Shown here piece by piece: positions 30,601 through 40,250 of a stretch of 64,000 nt of DNA. The DNA is taken from contig NC_087245.1 of the NCBI RefSeq assembly GCF_037042905.1, forward strand, positions 12,836,001 to 12,900,000. Direction: 5' to 3'. The DNA comes from Lytechinus pictus (taxonomy: Eukaryota). Position 1 is the first letter of the stretch. Every line of letters starts with the position of its first letter. The translations under genes were made by a program, and so were the position numbers. The notes under the pieces were generated by a model. The model did not search any database, had not been told where the DNA came from, and was given only the letters and a program-made list of their open reading frames with translations.

Positions 30601-33600
30601 CATGAAATGTGGCACAAACATTAGTCTTGATGTGAAGATGGGCAAAACATATTTTATGCCTATATAAAAAAAATGCGTTGCCATGGTAACAACATATTAA
30701 ATAACGAAAATTAGGTGAAAAATTTGTGGTTTTAACTAGTTTATAATATTTCAACCACTTCTCATGATGTTTGCCACAAACATAAGTCTTGAGGTAAAGA
30801 TGTGCAAGACACATTTTCGCATGTGTCGGAAATTGTGTTGCCATGGTAACGGTATATTAGGGCAAAAATTATGTAAAAATCTTGCAGTTCCAACGACTTC
30901 TTCAGTTTTTAATCAATTCTCATGAAATGTGGCACAAACGTTAGTCTTGATTTGAAGATGTGCAAAGTATATTTTATGCCTTTATAAAAAATTGCGTTGC
31001 CATGGCAACAAATAAAATAACAAAAATTAGATGAAAATCTTGTGATTTGAATTACTTTATCAGTTTTCAACTGGTCAATTCTCCTAAAATGTTGGCGCAC
31101 ACAATAGTCTTGAGTTGAAGATGTCTAAGATATACTTTTGCCTGTATCAGATTCGGGTTGCTATGGTAACATATTATATAACGAAAATAAGGTGAAAATC
31201 TTGTAGTTCGAACTCCTTCATCTTTTTTCAACCAATGCTCATGAAATTTGGCACACACAATAGTCTTGAGTTGAAGATGTGCAAGACTATTTTTGTCTGT
31301 ATCAGAAATCGTGTTGCCAAGGTAACAACATATTATATAAAGAAATTAGGTGAAAATCTTGTGGTTTGAATCCCTTTATCAGTTTTACCAATTCTTATAA
31401 AAGTTGGCTCACAAATTGATTTTGAGGTGTAGATCTGCAAGACATATATTGGAAAATGTGTTGCCATAATAACAGCATATCAGATCAATAAATGTGTAAA
31501 CAGCATGATGTGTATTGAACTACTTCTTCATTTTATGACATTGGCCTATATGTCCATGAAATGTAGGTTTTGAGCTAAAATAATCTGCAAGACACATTTT
31601 CTCATTCATCAAAATATGTGTTTGTATGATAACTACATGTATACGCCAAAAAAAGATTAAGACAATGGTCAATGCTAACTTTTGTTTGGCTACATAGTCA
31701 TAGAGAACTACATGTAGCTGAGGGCTTAGTTCTAGTTTTTTTTTTTTTTTTTTTTTTTTTGGGGGGGGGGGGGGCTAGACCTCAAGATTTCGAACTACAG
31801 CCCCTAGTTTAGATCTAAGCCTAGATCAAGATCCTTTAGTCCTAGAAATAATCCAATGCTAGATCCCTAGCCTACTTCCTTTCTCAGGCCTAACGTTAAA
31901 TGAGTAGAACTAGACTAGATCTAGCCTACATTTACTATTTTTAGATCTAGAATCTACATTGAGATAGAGTCTACAAGTCTCTAGATCTAGACCTATTACT
32001 ATGACCCTATGTACACCTAGATTTGTATAGTTCTAGATCTAGATAGGGTCTAATTTTAGTCTAAGTGAGTAAGTCATTTAGTCTAGATCTAGGCCTAGGT
32101 TAGAGATTTCTAGATCAAACAGTAGACTAGATCAGCCAGTCCTAACGTTAGGGCTACCGGATAGGCTAGAAATAGAATCTAGAATGAATAGAAGAAAGCA
32201 CAGGCTAGGCCGCCTAGGCCCTAGATCTAAATTCTTATATAAATCTAGGCCCTAGGCCTAGTCTAGACTGAGCTGTTGCCAGTGTTGGTCTAGGTTTAGG
32301 CCTGTTTTCTAGTCCTGGAAACCTAGATCTAAACAAGTCCTCAAAATGTATAAAATAAAAACTCCAAACAAACAGATGGACCTAAAAAAAGCAAGAGTAG
32401 ATCTAGATAGATGTCTTACTGCGGCAGCCTGAACACGTACTGTGTCTAAAGACGTCGTGTCGAGGTCCCCGGGGCAAGATAGATCAGATGTCTAGACTAC
32501 TACTAGGACTAGATCTAACTTTAGGCATAGTTGGCAAGCAATGCGTAGCGATAGATCTAGCACTGTTGACAGGAATAACCGTCGTTTCTGGGGATTTATT
32601 TAAAAGTTTCTGACATTTACTGTCATATCACATTGGTGAGACTAGGCCAACGTAACGTTAGATTGTTTACAGTTTAGTGTCGTACTCGTAATATAGCGGA
32701 ACAACCAAAATACAGTCGGAGACTGAAGCTTTTGGTCTAAGTCAGATCTATTCTAGACCTACATGTAGATCTAGATAGATCTATCCCTGTCTTAAGGCTA
32801 AGCCAGGCTAAGTCCTGCATGTTCTAGGCCTAGACCAATACTAATATAGGTCTATCGTTAGATCTAGGCCTACGTAGCTTCAGTCTCAGTTGCTCCACTA
32901 CGGCACTGGACTAACAAAGTTACGTTTTGCTTCAGCCTTCAGGAAAGTAAAAAGTAAAAACAATGTTCAATTCTCCTCCAAACAGACGGATATTAGTTGT
33001 AGATCTTGGGCCTAGGCTAGATCTAGGCCTAATGTTAGACCCAAGACTAGTCTCAAAAGTTACAAATGTTTTCCCTTAGACCCTAGATCTACTTCAGTGA
33101 AGTAGAATAAAGATGTCGAGAGGAATCTATTCCATTTAGATTTTGACAAACAATACATGAAAAGTAATGAATGGGACTGATACATAAAAAACTGTGCAAG
33201 TCACTCGGTTTGGGATTGAAATGTTTTGGTAATTAAAAATATATAGATAATCTGAATAAAAAATTCTTACCATATATGGGTGATGAATGCTCTTCTTCTA
33301 CTACAATAGTTGTAATTAGTTTCAATAAAATCAAACTTGTTAAGAAAAAACAACTTCAATGACATTTTTGCTATTTTGTTGCAGTCACCCCTGCAGCAGT
33401 TTAGAAGGTCATAGAATTTGACTTTGAGACTTTGGCTTAGCCATATCGTCTGACTTGAGACAAATGTCTTAAAGTTTATAGAATATCCTTAGGGAAGATT
33501 TCTTAGACAAGCAAAATGCTAAGACAAATTGCTAAGACTTAAGCAAAAAGCTTATCTTGTTTATGGAATACGGGCCCAGGTCCTAGAACTCTACTGGATA

Positions 33601-34085
33601 AGGGCACGGTTTCAGCAGCAAAACTTAAAATTGATAACATATAAGAACTGCCAAGAATCATGTTCAACCAGACCTCCTTTGAGTTTGATCAATATAAAAA
33701 GACAGTGTGTACAGGCTCAAGCAACTCTTGCGACAAACCACTCTCACACCTCAATGCAGGTCTAAAAAAGCTACAGTAAATGTAGGCCCCATTTATTTTT
33801 GTTGCCAATCATTTAACATATTTTTTTTAAACTGATGCTTTAAAATTAACCATTGTGCGGAATCACATACATGTACAACATGGGAACAAGTTTGTTTGGG
33901 CATAAAGGTAAAAAGAATAGAACACACTCTGATTATACTGCAGCTACATGTACATACTGTCTGATTTATTTAGAGCTTACCTGAGTTATCTCTGATGAAA
34001 CGACCCAGATGACATCCACTACAAGGAGTAAGAGGATACCAACAGCCATTCTCTTAGGTCTGGTTAGTCCACTGGTAAGACTCAT
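614..34085 (-). CDS. SLC35F5: Solute carrier family 35 member F5 (DMT-superfamily transporter), 13 coding exons, 489 aa
   Basis: Hand-spliced GT-AG exons with consistent phases: 34085-33981, 21446-21300, 16580-16518, 11031-10944, 10297-10241, 9560-9427, 8330-8249, 6478-6391, 5647-5481, 4473-4314, 2026-1936, 1416-1220, 704-614 (1470 nt including TGA). Peptides such as [69 protein letters not shown] and [30 protein letters not shown] match SLC35F5 as I recall it. Confidence 0.95.
3547..4143. mobile_element. Non-autonomous TIR element (CCC...GGG termini, CMC/EnSpm-like MITE)
   Basis: TIR CCCG(G)nCACTTACATTGACGAGTGGATACCATGC versus GCATGGTATCCACTCGTCAATGGAAGTGG(C)nTGGG, inserted in an (AC)n tract. 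Confidence 0.75.
6953..7928. mobile_element. Non-autonomous Tc1/mariner-type element
   Basis: About 36-bp TIR (CAGTGCGTATCAAA...AAGTTTACACTT) at both ends with TA TSD; no transposase. Confidence 0.88.
11420..11850. mobile_element. Partial TTAA-type (Kolobok-like) non-autonomous element
   Basis: Ends GGACTTGACCT-TTAA; internal segments resemble 61514-62128 (TGTCTGATTTTTCT, ATAACTTT...ATT). Confidence 0.5.
11900..12366. mobile_element. PIF/Harbinger-like MITE
   Basis: TIR GGTGGTTTCAGACCGCCTCGA / TCGAGGCGGTTTGAAACCACC; flanks AAA and TAA. Confidence 0.75.
15741..15794. repeat. 11-bp tandem repeat (TACATGTATGT) x about 5
   Basis: Directly visible. Confidence 0.9.
20398..21271. mobile_element. 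PIF/Harbinger-like MITE
   Basis: TIR GG..GTGTTTATGCTTCCA at both ends, TTA TSD, internal subterminal inverted repeats. Confidence 0.82.
22805..23268. mobile_element. MITE with about 44-bp TIRs (Harbinger-like)
   Basis: GAGGCCGTTCTCATTACGCTTTCTAAAACTAGTTTACTGGAAAC versus its near reverse complement at 23225-23268. Confidence 0.8.
23657..24360 (+). repeat. 5' LTR (704 bp)
   Basis: TGTAGTGG...CTTACA; direct repeat of 28520-29223 at offset 4863, the same offset as the duplicated ORFs in the ORF track. Confidence 0.96.
24363..24382 (+). promoter_or_regulatory. Primer binding site complementary to the tRNA-Trp 3' end
   Basis: TGGTGACCCCGACGTGATTT starts 2 nt after the LTR and is the reverse complement of the metazoan tRNA-Trp 3' end (...AAATCACGTCGGGGTCACCA). 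Confidence 0.92.
24405..25295 (+). CDS. gag: Retrotransposon Gag (296 aa)
   Basis: [21 protein letters not shown] capsid-like motif; C-terminal C-X2-H-X9-C-X3-C ([18 protein letters not shown]) knuckle typical of CsRn1-clade elements. Confidence 0.93.
   Translation: MNQQSANPAAAVSHVAAVALKLPPYWPNDPAVWFAQVQAQFMTRGITSEETQFAYIVSALQPEIAQEVRDILMNPPKDTPYSHLKAELIRRTSVSEQKRLHQLLTQEELGDRKPSQLLRRMEQLLGSDHLDETIFKQLFLQRLPHHVQTILASSRDDMKVTQLADLADRIIDIGSTSTVSAVSSPSSSTSSSELSQLQQQVDRLTFQVQSLTTQLQHERGRSPNRRPQRPNTHSNRQRSRSSSQKRPLCWYHWKHGAEARKCTPPCNFNHASLFSSDSQQPSSNTHAQGNDRASRD
25268..25338 (+). promoter_or_regulatory. -1 programmed ribosomal frameshift signal (slippery heptamer plus predicted H-type pseudoknot)
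   Basis: G GGA AAC in the gag frame at 25268-25274, then a 6-nt spacer. Stem 1 pairs 25281-25290 with 25305-25315; stem 2 pairs GAGCGAC 25296-25302 with GTCGCTT 25332-25338. Pol is in the -1 frame and open across the site. Confidence 0.85.
25337..28438 (+). CDS. pol: Retrotransposon Pol (protease, RT, RNase H, integrase), probably expressed as a Gag-Pol frameshift fusion from about 25274
   Basis: FLVDTGA protease; MPFGL and YIDD RT; VDAS RNase H; HHCC zinc finger; D-D-E integrase (HVD, TDRG, VER); GPY motif. No internal stops. Confidence 0.96.
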   Translation: MFYIHDRISGTQFLVDTGAEVSIITPSAVDRQRHTHSEYTLEAVNESRIRTYGERSITLDLGLRRTFRFVFVIADLPTPIIGADFLDEFGLVVDVRHRKLIDSTTKLTIDGIRAPLHTQSVSPMFSRSSTTGSDEYNAILKEYPDITRPDYRPKAVKHSVTHHIVTTGPPCSARPRRLAADRLTIARSEFEHMQELGIVRPSSSNWASPLHMVPKSTPGDWRPCGDYRALNARTVPDRYPVPHIQDFTASLNGKEIFSKIDLIKAYHQIPVEPSDIPKTAITTPFGLFEFTRMPFGLRNAAQSFQRLMDEVVRGLPFVFVYIDDMLVASATEEEHKEHLRLLFARLHEYGIVINPAKCVFGVSSLIFLGHHISADGIRPLEKRVEEIREFARPSSIRQLRRFLGLVNFYRRFIPKAAAILAPLTDMLRGQPKRSTKAVEWTEERISAFERAKEELANAALLVHPSTDLQTNLMVDASDVAVGGVLQQYADGIWKPIAFFSQRLKPTEIRYSTFGRELLAIYLTIRHFRYFLEGREFTVYTDHKPLTYALRSKPDRHSPREIRQLDYISQFTSDIQHVHGVDNTVADALSRLHVDALHTSFTVDFDQIAADQIDDEWEEIQKSTSLTFKQVPRPSSDGMIWCDVSTDHERPYVPKKHRRMVFEALHNMSHPGVRSTQAMITSRFVWPSMNKDIRTWARSCLSCQRSKVHRHIKAPLGTYTAPDARFSHIHVDLVGPLPSSNGYCYMLTCIDRFTRWADAFPISDITAETVAKTLVHGWISRFGAPSTITTDRGRQFESQLFQALTSLLGSSRTRTTAYHPAANGIVERFHRQLKAALRAQSDPSKWQEFLPIALLGIRTTVKEDLGCTPAELVYGTTLKVPGQLVAPTTPDSFSNPGDYVHRLRNYMIDINPARTRSQTTTSHVPPDLQDCSHVFIRCDAVRPSLQPQYDGPYRVVSRTPKFFILDVKGKNDSVSVDRLKVAHLPSTTSMDNSIQHHASFSSLPTPTASTPPVRTTRSGRRVHFPARFAQFSNG
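28507..28516 (+). promoter_or_regulatory. Polypurine tract
   Basis: AGGAGGGGAG ending 3 nt before the 3' LTR. Confidence 0.85.
28520..29223 (+). repeat. 3' LTR (704 bp)
   Basis: Identical by eye to the 5' LTR; followed by the AGTG TSD. Confidence 0.96.
29906..33576. mobile_element. 3.7-kb non-autonomous TIR element (Harbinger-like, CAG TSD) carrying a 160-bp tandem array and a CTAG-rich block
   Basis: TIR GGCCCGTATTCCATAAAC / GTTTATGGAATACGGGCC, CAG on both sides, subterminal CTAAG/CTTAG repeats, no transposase ORF. Confidence 0.82.
30280..31600. repeat. Tandem array of about 160-bp units, each with a GTTGCCATGGTAAC-type palindrome
   Basis: Motif starts at 30371, 30517, 30677, 30837, 30996, 31157, 31313 and 31460. 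Confidence 0.88.
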
Positions 34086-34353
34086 CTTGAAGTCAGTCTT
34101 AGTAGTTGGTGAATGGCAAACAACCCCACACTCTACTAACCATGCAGTGATGATGGGAAATATGAAAGGTAAGAGCTGCCTTCAATCCAAAACTTGAACT
34201 TAAAGCTACAACAAACATCTACCACGGCAAACCACATTCCATGTAAATGGTTACTGTCCTGTTGCTACCTTGGCCTAGGTCTGTTGAAAAACAAAAATGT
34301 TGGTACAGATGAATTGTGATTTTAAAAATAATCATTGTGACCCTAAATCTCAT

Positions 34354-34516
34354 CAGGGGCTTGTTTCATAAAGGACTTACAACTGTTGTAGCTTTGCCAT
34401 TATGGCAACTACCATGGTAACAGGGCTCATCAGCCAATCAGAATCAAGGTTTCCATGTTAGTTGCCAAAATGGCAAAGTTACAACAGTTGTAAGTCCTTT
34501 ATGAAACGGGCCCCTG
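34354..34516. mobile_element. Small palindromic MITE
   Basis: GTTTCATAAAGGACTTACAACTGTTGTA ... TACAACAGTTGTAAGTCCTTTATGAAAC inverted arms. Confidence 0.75.
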
Positions 34517-35418
34517 ATCTTGGTCACTTCCACATGAGCCAAGTTACGGTTATTCAAAATTTCAACTCACAAGAAAAATACATATTTTCATGTAGGGCCT
34601 ACATGTACATGCATAAAAGTTTTTAAAAGCAAAATACCTCTGGGTCCCTTTTATCTTTGTCTTGTGGCCAAAATTCTAATCAAATGGTCAATATGCCTAC
34701 ATAAACACAATTTGAAATTTATTTATGTCCTTATCTTATATGGATAATGAGATACATTGATGTGTGAAATGATGACCTATGTTACCTTTAAGTTTTGACC
34801 TCATAACCCCAAAAGTTAGTCAGATCATCATTGCCACCCACATGTATACATGCAATGCCAACACTTGACAAAATGAGTAGTGGACAATTTACAATCTACA
34901 AAAATGTAGACCAAAAGCTTTGGTCTTATTCACTGTGCTGTTCTGCTGAACTATGTTGGCTACCTGTGTCTGGAGAGAATAGTCAAATGCCAGAAATTAT
35001 TTAATAAATTCCTAGAAAAGACAGTTATTTTTGTCTAAGGACAACCCAGCATTCCATGATTAAAAATTTGGACACAGAAATTCTGGTTGTCATTTTTTTC
35101 TTCAAATGTCAAGGAAAGAAAGAATGTCAATTATCAAGTTACAGGTAAATGTGCATATGTTAGTTTTTAAACTTTTAATAATAGTCCTATTTATTGTGAA
35201 ATGGCAAGCAGTCAGTCCCATCAGCATTTAAGTTGTTGAGCGGAACAAGTGATGGCCAGTCAGAGTCGAGAATGAAGCTTGTAAAACTAACCTTTTTAAG
35301 AGTGCTTTATCCTAGACTGAAATATCAGCTGTTTTGGAGGAGTTTTTGAAATATTTTCAGATTTTTCTCAGTTCTCCTACACAAATGGAAGCCTCCCATA
35401 GCCTAGGACTTGTAATGG

Positions 35419-35807
35419 CAGAGTTGCCAAGTTGTATTTTGCATTTTCAGTATTCTCATCCCCCAAAATCAGTATTTTTACCGTGTGAGATAAATATTTT
35501 GTATTTTTCCCCAAACAAGTGTATTTCATAATAAAATGCTTGGCGCACTCGCCCATCACGGCGCTCAAGCTAAAATGCGCACTGCTCTTGCAGATGAAAA
35601 AAAAACCATTAAAACTTGTGTATATCTCACCCTGGTTTTTACAAAATGATTGAGAAAAAAAAACAAGTTACCTGAAATTACATTGATCTAATAACCATTT
35701 TTTTTTTAAATACAAAAAACGTATTTTTTTAAAGAAAAAATGTACTGCCGTATTTTGGTTGCAAAAACGTACTAAATACGGCTAAAACGTACTGGTTGGC
35801 AGGTCTG
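35419..35807. mobile_element. hAT-like MITE with 6-bp TSD
   Basis: CAGAGTTGCCAA...TTGGCAGGTCTG termini; TAATGG on both sides. Confidence 0.7.
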
Positions 35808-36165
35808 TAATGGCGGTGATTTGCGTCTATGGGGAAAAGAGTGGGCTCACTGGGCTGCCTTACTCCACTTTTTATGGGGTGAAACAAAGCTTGTGAGTTG
35901 TGAATGAAAAGTACTAATAACTTCTTATGGATTATTTCTCACCAGTTTCTCAAAATATGTGATGTAAAATACAAAATTTTGACTCCAAACAGACAGGGTT
36001 CATGTGTTACTATCATTGCATGTCTACCACCACCAAAGTGGTGCGTATGGGATACTTCTGTCCAAGCAAAAAAAACTTGGGGGGGGGGGCTACTGTTCAC
36101 AACTTACTGCCTAAATCTGCAACATTGGGCAAGCTTTAACACTGCAATGAATGGGGATTTCCAGT

Positions 36166-36533
36166 TTGTTTCATAAAGCTGTTCGTAAGTTAAGAATGCC
36201 TTTAAGAACGACTGGTGACCCTTTCTTACGCGCTTAACCATCGCCAATGAATATACCATTTACCAAAAGAAAGGATCATCAGTCGTTCATAAAGTTGCTC
36301 TTAACTTACGAACAGCTTTATAAAACACCCACTTGGGCTCCTTTTTTTTTAGTTTCCAGGGGGCAGTTTCATATTCAGCTGTTCGTAAGTTAAAAGCGAC
36401 TTTAAGAACGACTGGTGATCCTTTCTTGTGCACTAAATCATCGCCAATGAATATATCATTTACCATAAGAAAGGATCACCAGTCATTCTTAAAGTCGCTC
36501 TTAACTTACGAAAAGCTTTATGAAATGCCCACC
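36166..36533. mobile_element. Two adjacent copies of an about 165-bp palindromic MITE
   Basis: TTTCATAAAGCTGTTCGTAAGTTAAG...CTTAACTTACGAACAGCTTTAT; further copies at 56618-56783 and, partially, 63033-63105. Confidence 0.82.
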
Positions 36534-36677
36534 AGGGCTCTTTTTAAGATCATTTCATGAGCTATACTTGCCCCAAGCCCCTGTGTAATTTTTTTAAACA
36601 TTATATCTAGATTTATTTAATATTAGATTTGTCCCTTATTAGAATCTGAACTTGCAGTCTTTTAACTTTGAGATCTT

Positions 36678-36820
36678 GATAAAAAATACTTGCATCGGTC
36701 GATAAATATCACGAATCTCACCTCGATGCTGAAATATCCCGCATGCTAGACCACTTGAAGCAGGATTTAGCATTGAGGTAAGATTCATATTTATCGGCCG
36801 ATGCAAGTATTTCTTTATCT
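36678..36820. repeat. About 140-bp imperfect hairpin (MITE-like)
   Basis: AATACTTGCATCGGTCGATAAATAT ... ATATTTATCGGCCGATGCAAGTATT. Confidence 0.65.
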
Positions 36821-37594
36821 GGTAGCACTGCTCATGATGTTGTCACCCTCTATAAGCGTCTTGTAGCTAGGCTACGATAACAAAGACAGCAAGATGGCGA
36901 CAATAACATGTCAGTAACTGCTCATCTTCTTGTAATATGATTTTTCTTCATTCTGATATCAATTTTCATGTAAAAAGAAGTTTAGTATTTTCTAATGGGG
37001 GGAAATGAAGTTGTAGCCCATTCACGTTCACATAAGTTTGGGCTCAAATCCCTAAAAGACTTTGTGTGATTTTGAGCCCGAGGCTTTGAGCAAATTTAAT
37101 TGTGGGAAAATTGATGGTGCGTGTAGACTGGCATGCCGTCCCTTGCTCCGTAGAGATTAAGTACGTCAGTGGTATGACTTTAATCTTTAGGAGCCTCCTG
37201 GCTAGTGACAGTGTAACCAAGGGAGCTCCGGCCCGCAAAGCGGGCCAGAGCCCAGGACTCGTCCGTGTAATACTAGGCGGACATACGCTCTCCAAAATGG
37301 GGTAGAATGGGGTCGCAATAGCACTCCAAATAAAAGGGGAAAATATAAATTATCATTATCATTTATTTGACCAATATAAAAAGTACATACACATTACATT
37401 AGAATAAACAATTTACAGTACTTGAAAATTCACTGCGCTTCTCTTTGCATACAGAGGACATTGTGCAAGTTTTTTTACCTTCATCCATATAATCGAGGTA
37501 AGTGCATAATGTTTGTAATGTTTTCGATATTAATTCCATTCTACTTTGGACTTCTAACTACCCCCCCTTCTTTTTTTCCGAACTCCAGTTACAC

Positions 37595-38060
37595 CAGGGC
37601 TCCATCTAACAAAGAGTTACGATTGATCCGATCAATCGTAACTCTATGGAAATCCATACATGTCATAATTTTTTTCTCCAAAAAACTTGCACAATGTCCT
37701 CTGTATGCAAAGAGAAGCACAGTGAATTTTCAAGAAAACAATGAATGCATGAATACACATCATAGCTAGCAAATATTTTGAACAAACATGCATAGTAGAT
37801 GCACTCACACGTATTGCGAGGTTAGTATTAGTATACTAACCTCGCACCACGAACCGCGTATGGCAGTGGATTTCTAACTAGTGGGTCGCGCGTGCTGGGA
37901 TCTCACTTCTTGGGTCCACAACACACGACTTCTATGGCTTGAATTTTCTGTGCGCGGCGGCAAGTAATGAACCCTTGGGTGTAGTAGATGTTGACCTTGC
38001 TGGCCATCCATAGTTACGATTGATTTGTTCAATCTTAACTCTTTGTAAGACGGGGCCCTG
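37595..38060. mobile_element. MITE containing a nested 180-bp insertion
   Basis: Termini AGGGCTCCATCTAACAAAGAGTTACGATTG / CAATCTTAACTCTTTGTAAGACGGGGCCCT; nested insertion 37802-37981 flanked by TAGTAGATG duplicates. A diverged family member lies at about 87-295. Confidence 0.72.
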
Positions 38061-39142
38061 ATCTGCTTAATCAAATATATTTGAATTTCCAATTTCTATT
38101 GCAAGTTTATTTAGAATGCCCCTTTCATATTACTGTTCAGCACCGAGGTTTTAATTTTTTACTATGTTATATTTCTACAATTTTGCAGTGATATATTTTT
38201 TTTCTAATGCATCTCAAGACTATCTAATTAATTATCTTGGCACCCTTTTCAGGATTCTGTGTCTCACGATAGACCTTCATCCATATAATCAAGGTAGGCC
38301 TAAGTGCATTATTTATATTTCCCCCTTTTATTTGGAGTGCTATTGCGACCCCTTCCTACCCCATTTTGGAGAGCATATTTCCGCGAAGTATTACACGGAC
38401 GAGTCCTGGGCTCCGGCCCGCGAAGCTCCCTAGGTTAGTGACAGTGTAGCCTAGGCCTAAGTAAAGAAAGGCCAGGAGTCAGACTCAGGAGAGCTCGACA
38501 CGCAACAGGACTGAACTAAAAACAAAATCTGAAAATGTTCAAATATATTGTGGATCTTTCAGTTTCACTATATATTGCCTGATTCAAACAATGATCACTC
38601 ACTGAGTGTCACTTTACTAACACAACAGTAAGTAAGTAACAGTAATACTTAATGTAGAAGCGGGAATGGTAAGCCATTCCAGCCAGCTGCTCCGTTTTGG
38701 TGTTTTTTACTTAAACTTGGCTCGGCAAGCTGGCGCTAAATAACTAACAGAATACCCAGTTGTTGTGTGTCCGGACGATCAATTTTAGAAAGTCATTTGG
38801 AAAAATTTACAAGCGAAGTTTCAGCAATTTTTAGTACAAAATGTTAGGAAATATTCTTTAAAAAAAATAGAAGATGACTACAAAGATTGAATTCATATTC
38901 TTACTGTAAACCAAAGACAAAAAAGAAGGCTTCAAAAATATAAAGTGTCCGGACACCCGACCCCCATCCTACAGTCAGCTTCAGTGGCACAGCTCAAACT
39001 GAAAAGGGCCTAGGGAGGAGTGGCACTCACATCATTGAAATAGCACGCATACGGTACCGTACGGTATCACACATTCACACCACACAGAGCTGCAGAGTAA
39101 CAAAACCAACATGTTTTGCAAAGGTATAATGTCTTAACTTAC

Positions 39143-39310
39143 CCAATCTTTAACAATTGTATCACATGTAAACAAGAGAAACGACAAACTAATCCATCAA
39201 TAGACGAGAAAACGTAATTTTTACGATTCAACTACGCCTACGGTACTGGCAGTCTTGATCTTCTAAACTATCATGACTATCTTCTACCCAATTTCAGATC
39301 GGATTGCGCT
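39143..39310 (-). other. SLC35F5: Probable non-coding first (5'UTR) exon of SLC35F5
   Basis: Consensus donor GG|GTAAGT at 39143/39142 in a CpG-richer, promoter-like region. The ATG-containing exon begins at an acceptor at 34280, so an upstream exon is required. The 5' boundary is approximate. Confidence 0.5.
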
Positions 39311-39401
39311 AGCTAGCGCCTGCATATAACCGGTACGCGGTTAATCCGATCCGAGATCACTGAACGAGATGAACAATTACAAGTTTCATCCTGGCTTGAT
39401 G

Positions 39402-39608
39402 AATGATAATGGGGGTGGTGATTATGATGATGGTGGTGGTGGTGGTGGTGATGATGATGATGATGATGTTGATGACGATGTTGATGATGGTGGTGGTGGT
39501 GGTGATGATGATGATGTTGATGATGATGTTGATGATGGTGGTGGTGGTGATGGTGACCCGGGGGTGGTGGTGATGATGATGCATGTTGATTATGATGATG
39601 ATGATAAT
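39402..39608. repeat. Compound (GAT)n/(GGT)n trinucleotide microsatellite
   Basis: Directly visible; explains the spurious poly-His, poly-Asp and poly-Gly ORFs. Confidence 0.93.
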
Positions 39609-39705
39609 TAATGATGACAGCTAGGGGCGGCGGAGTGAAGTTGAAAGTGGGGGGCACAGGGAAGAAAGGGCACCTTTTTTCTTTCGAAAAAAGCACTATC
39701 TTCAA

Positions 39706-39971
39706 CATGGCCATATGCAGAAATTTTTCGCTGGGGGGGGGGGGCATCACGCGTAAACTTTTAGGAAAAATATTAAAGCGAGGGAGCAAAGCAACCGAGC
39801 TTATCATAGAGGCACTTTTGCATTTTGTTAAGTGAAATTGTTGGATTTTGAGCATATTTTTGGTGCTTTTCGGTTGTGAAAATCTGCAGTAAATGAATGT
39901 GAGTTTTCAAACTATGGGAGGGGGGCAATTGCCCCTCTGCCCCCCCCCCCCCCCCGCTGCGTACGGCCATG
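39706..39971. mobile_element. MITE (CATGGCC...GGCCATG family)
   Basis: TIR CATGGCCATATGCAG / CTGCGTACGGCCATG; second copy at 45775-45990. Confidence 0.65.
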
Positions 39972-40250
39972 ATCTTAAAGTAAATAAAAAATGACTTCTT
40001 TACCCCACTTACGTGACTCATGAAACTTTAGGCACGTCTGAACAGAGTTCAGAAAAAGTGAGAGAGATGGAAACTTGTCGTGAAGCAGATGAGAACAATC
40101 TCGGTAGTGCCAATGGTTGACAAGAGCTGGCGCTATTGCTCTCAATGCATTATACTTTTGCCCCTCCCTCCTTTTGGTATTCCCCACTAAAGTCCCCAAC
40201 GACATTATACATCAGGCCAGGTTCAAGGTAGGTACGACTGAACGGCACCA

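Noticed and set aside
30280..31600. CRISPR-like appearance of regularly spaced palindromes
   Set aside because: The intervening sequences are homologous to each other, the period is about 160 bp, the context is eukaryotic and there are no cas genes.
39313..39855. 180-aa His-rich ORF and overlapping Asp/Gly-rich ORFs
   Set aside because: Products of the GAT/GGT microsatellite and a MITE; no splice or homology support.
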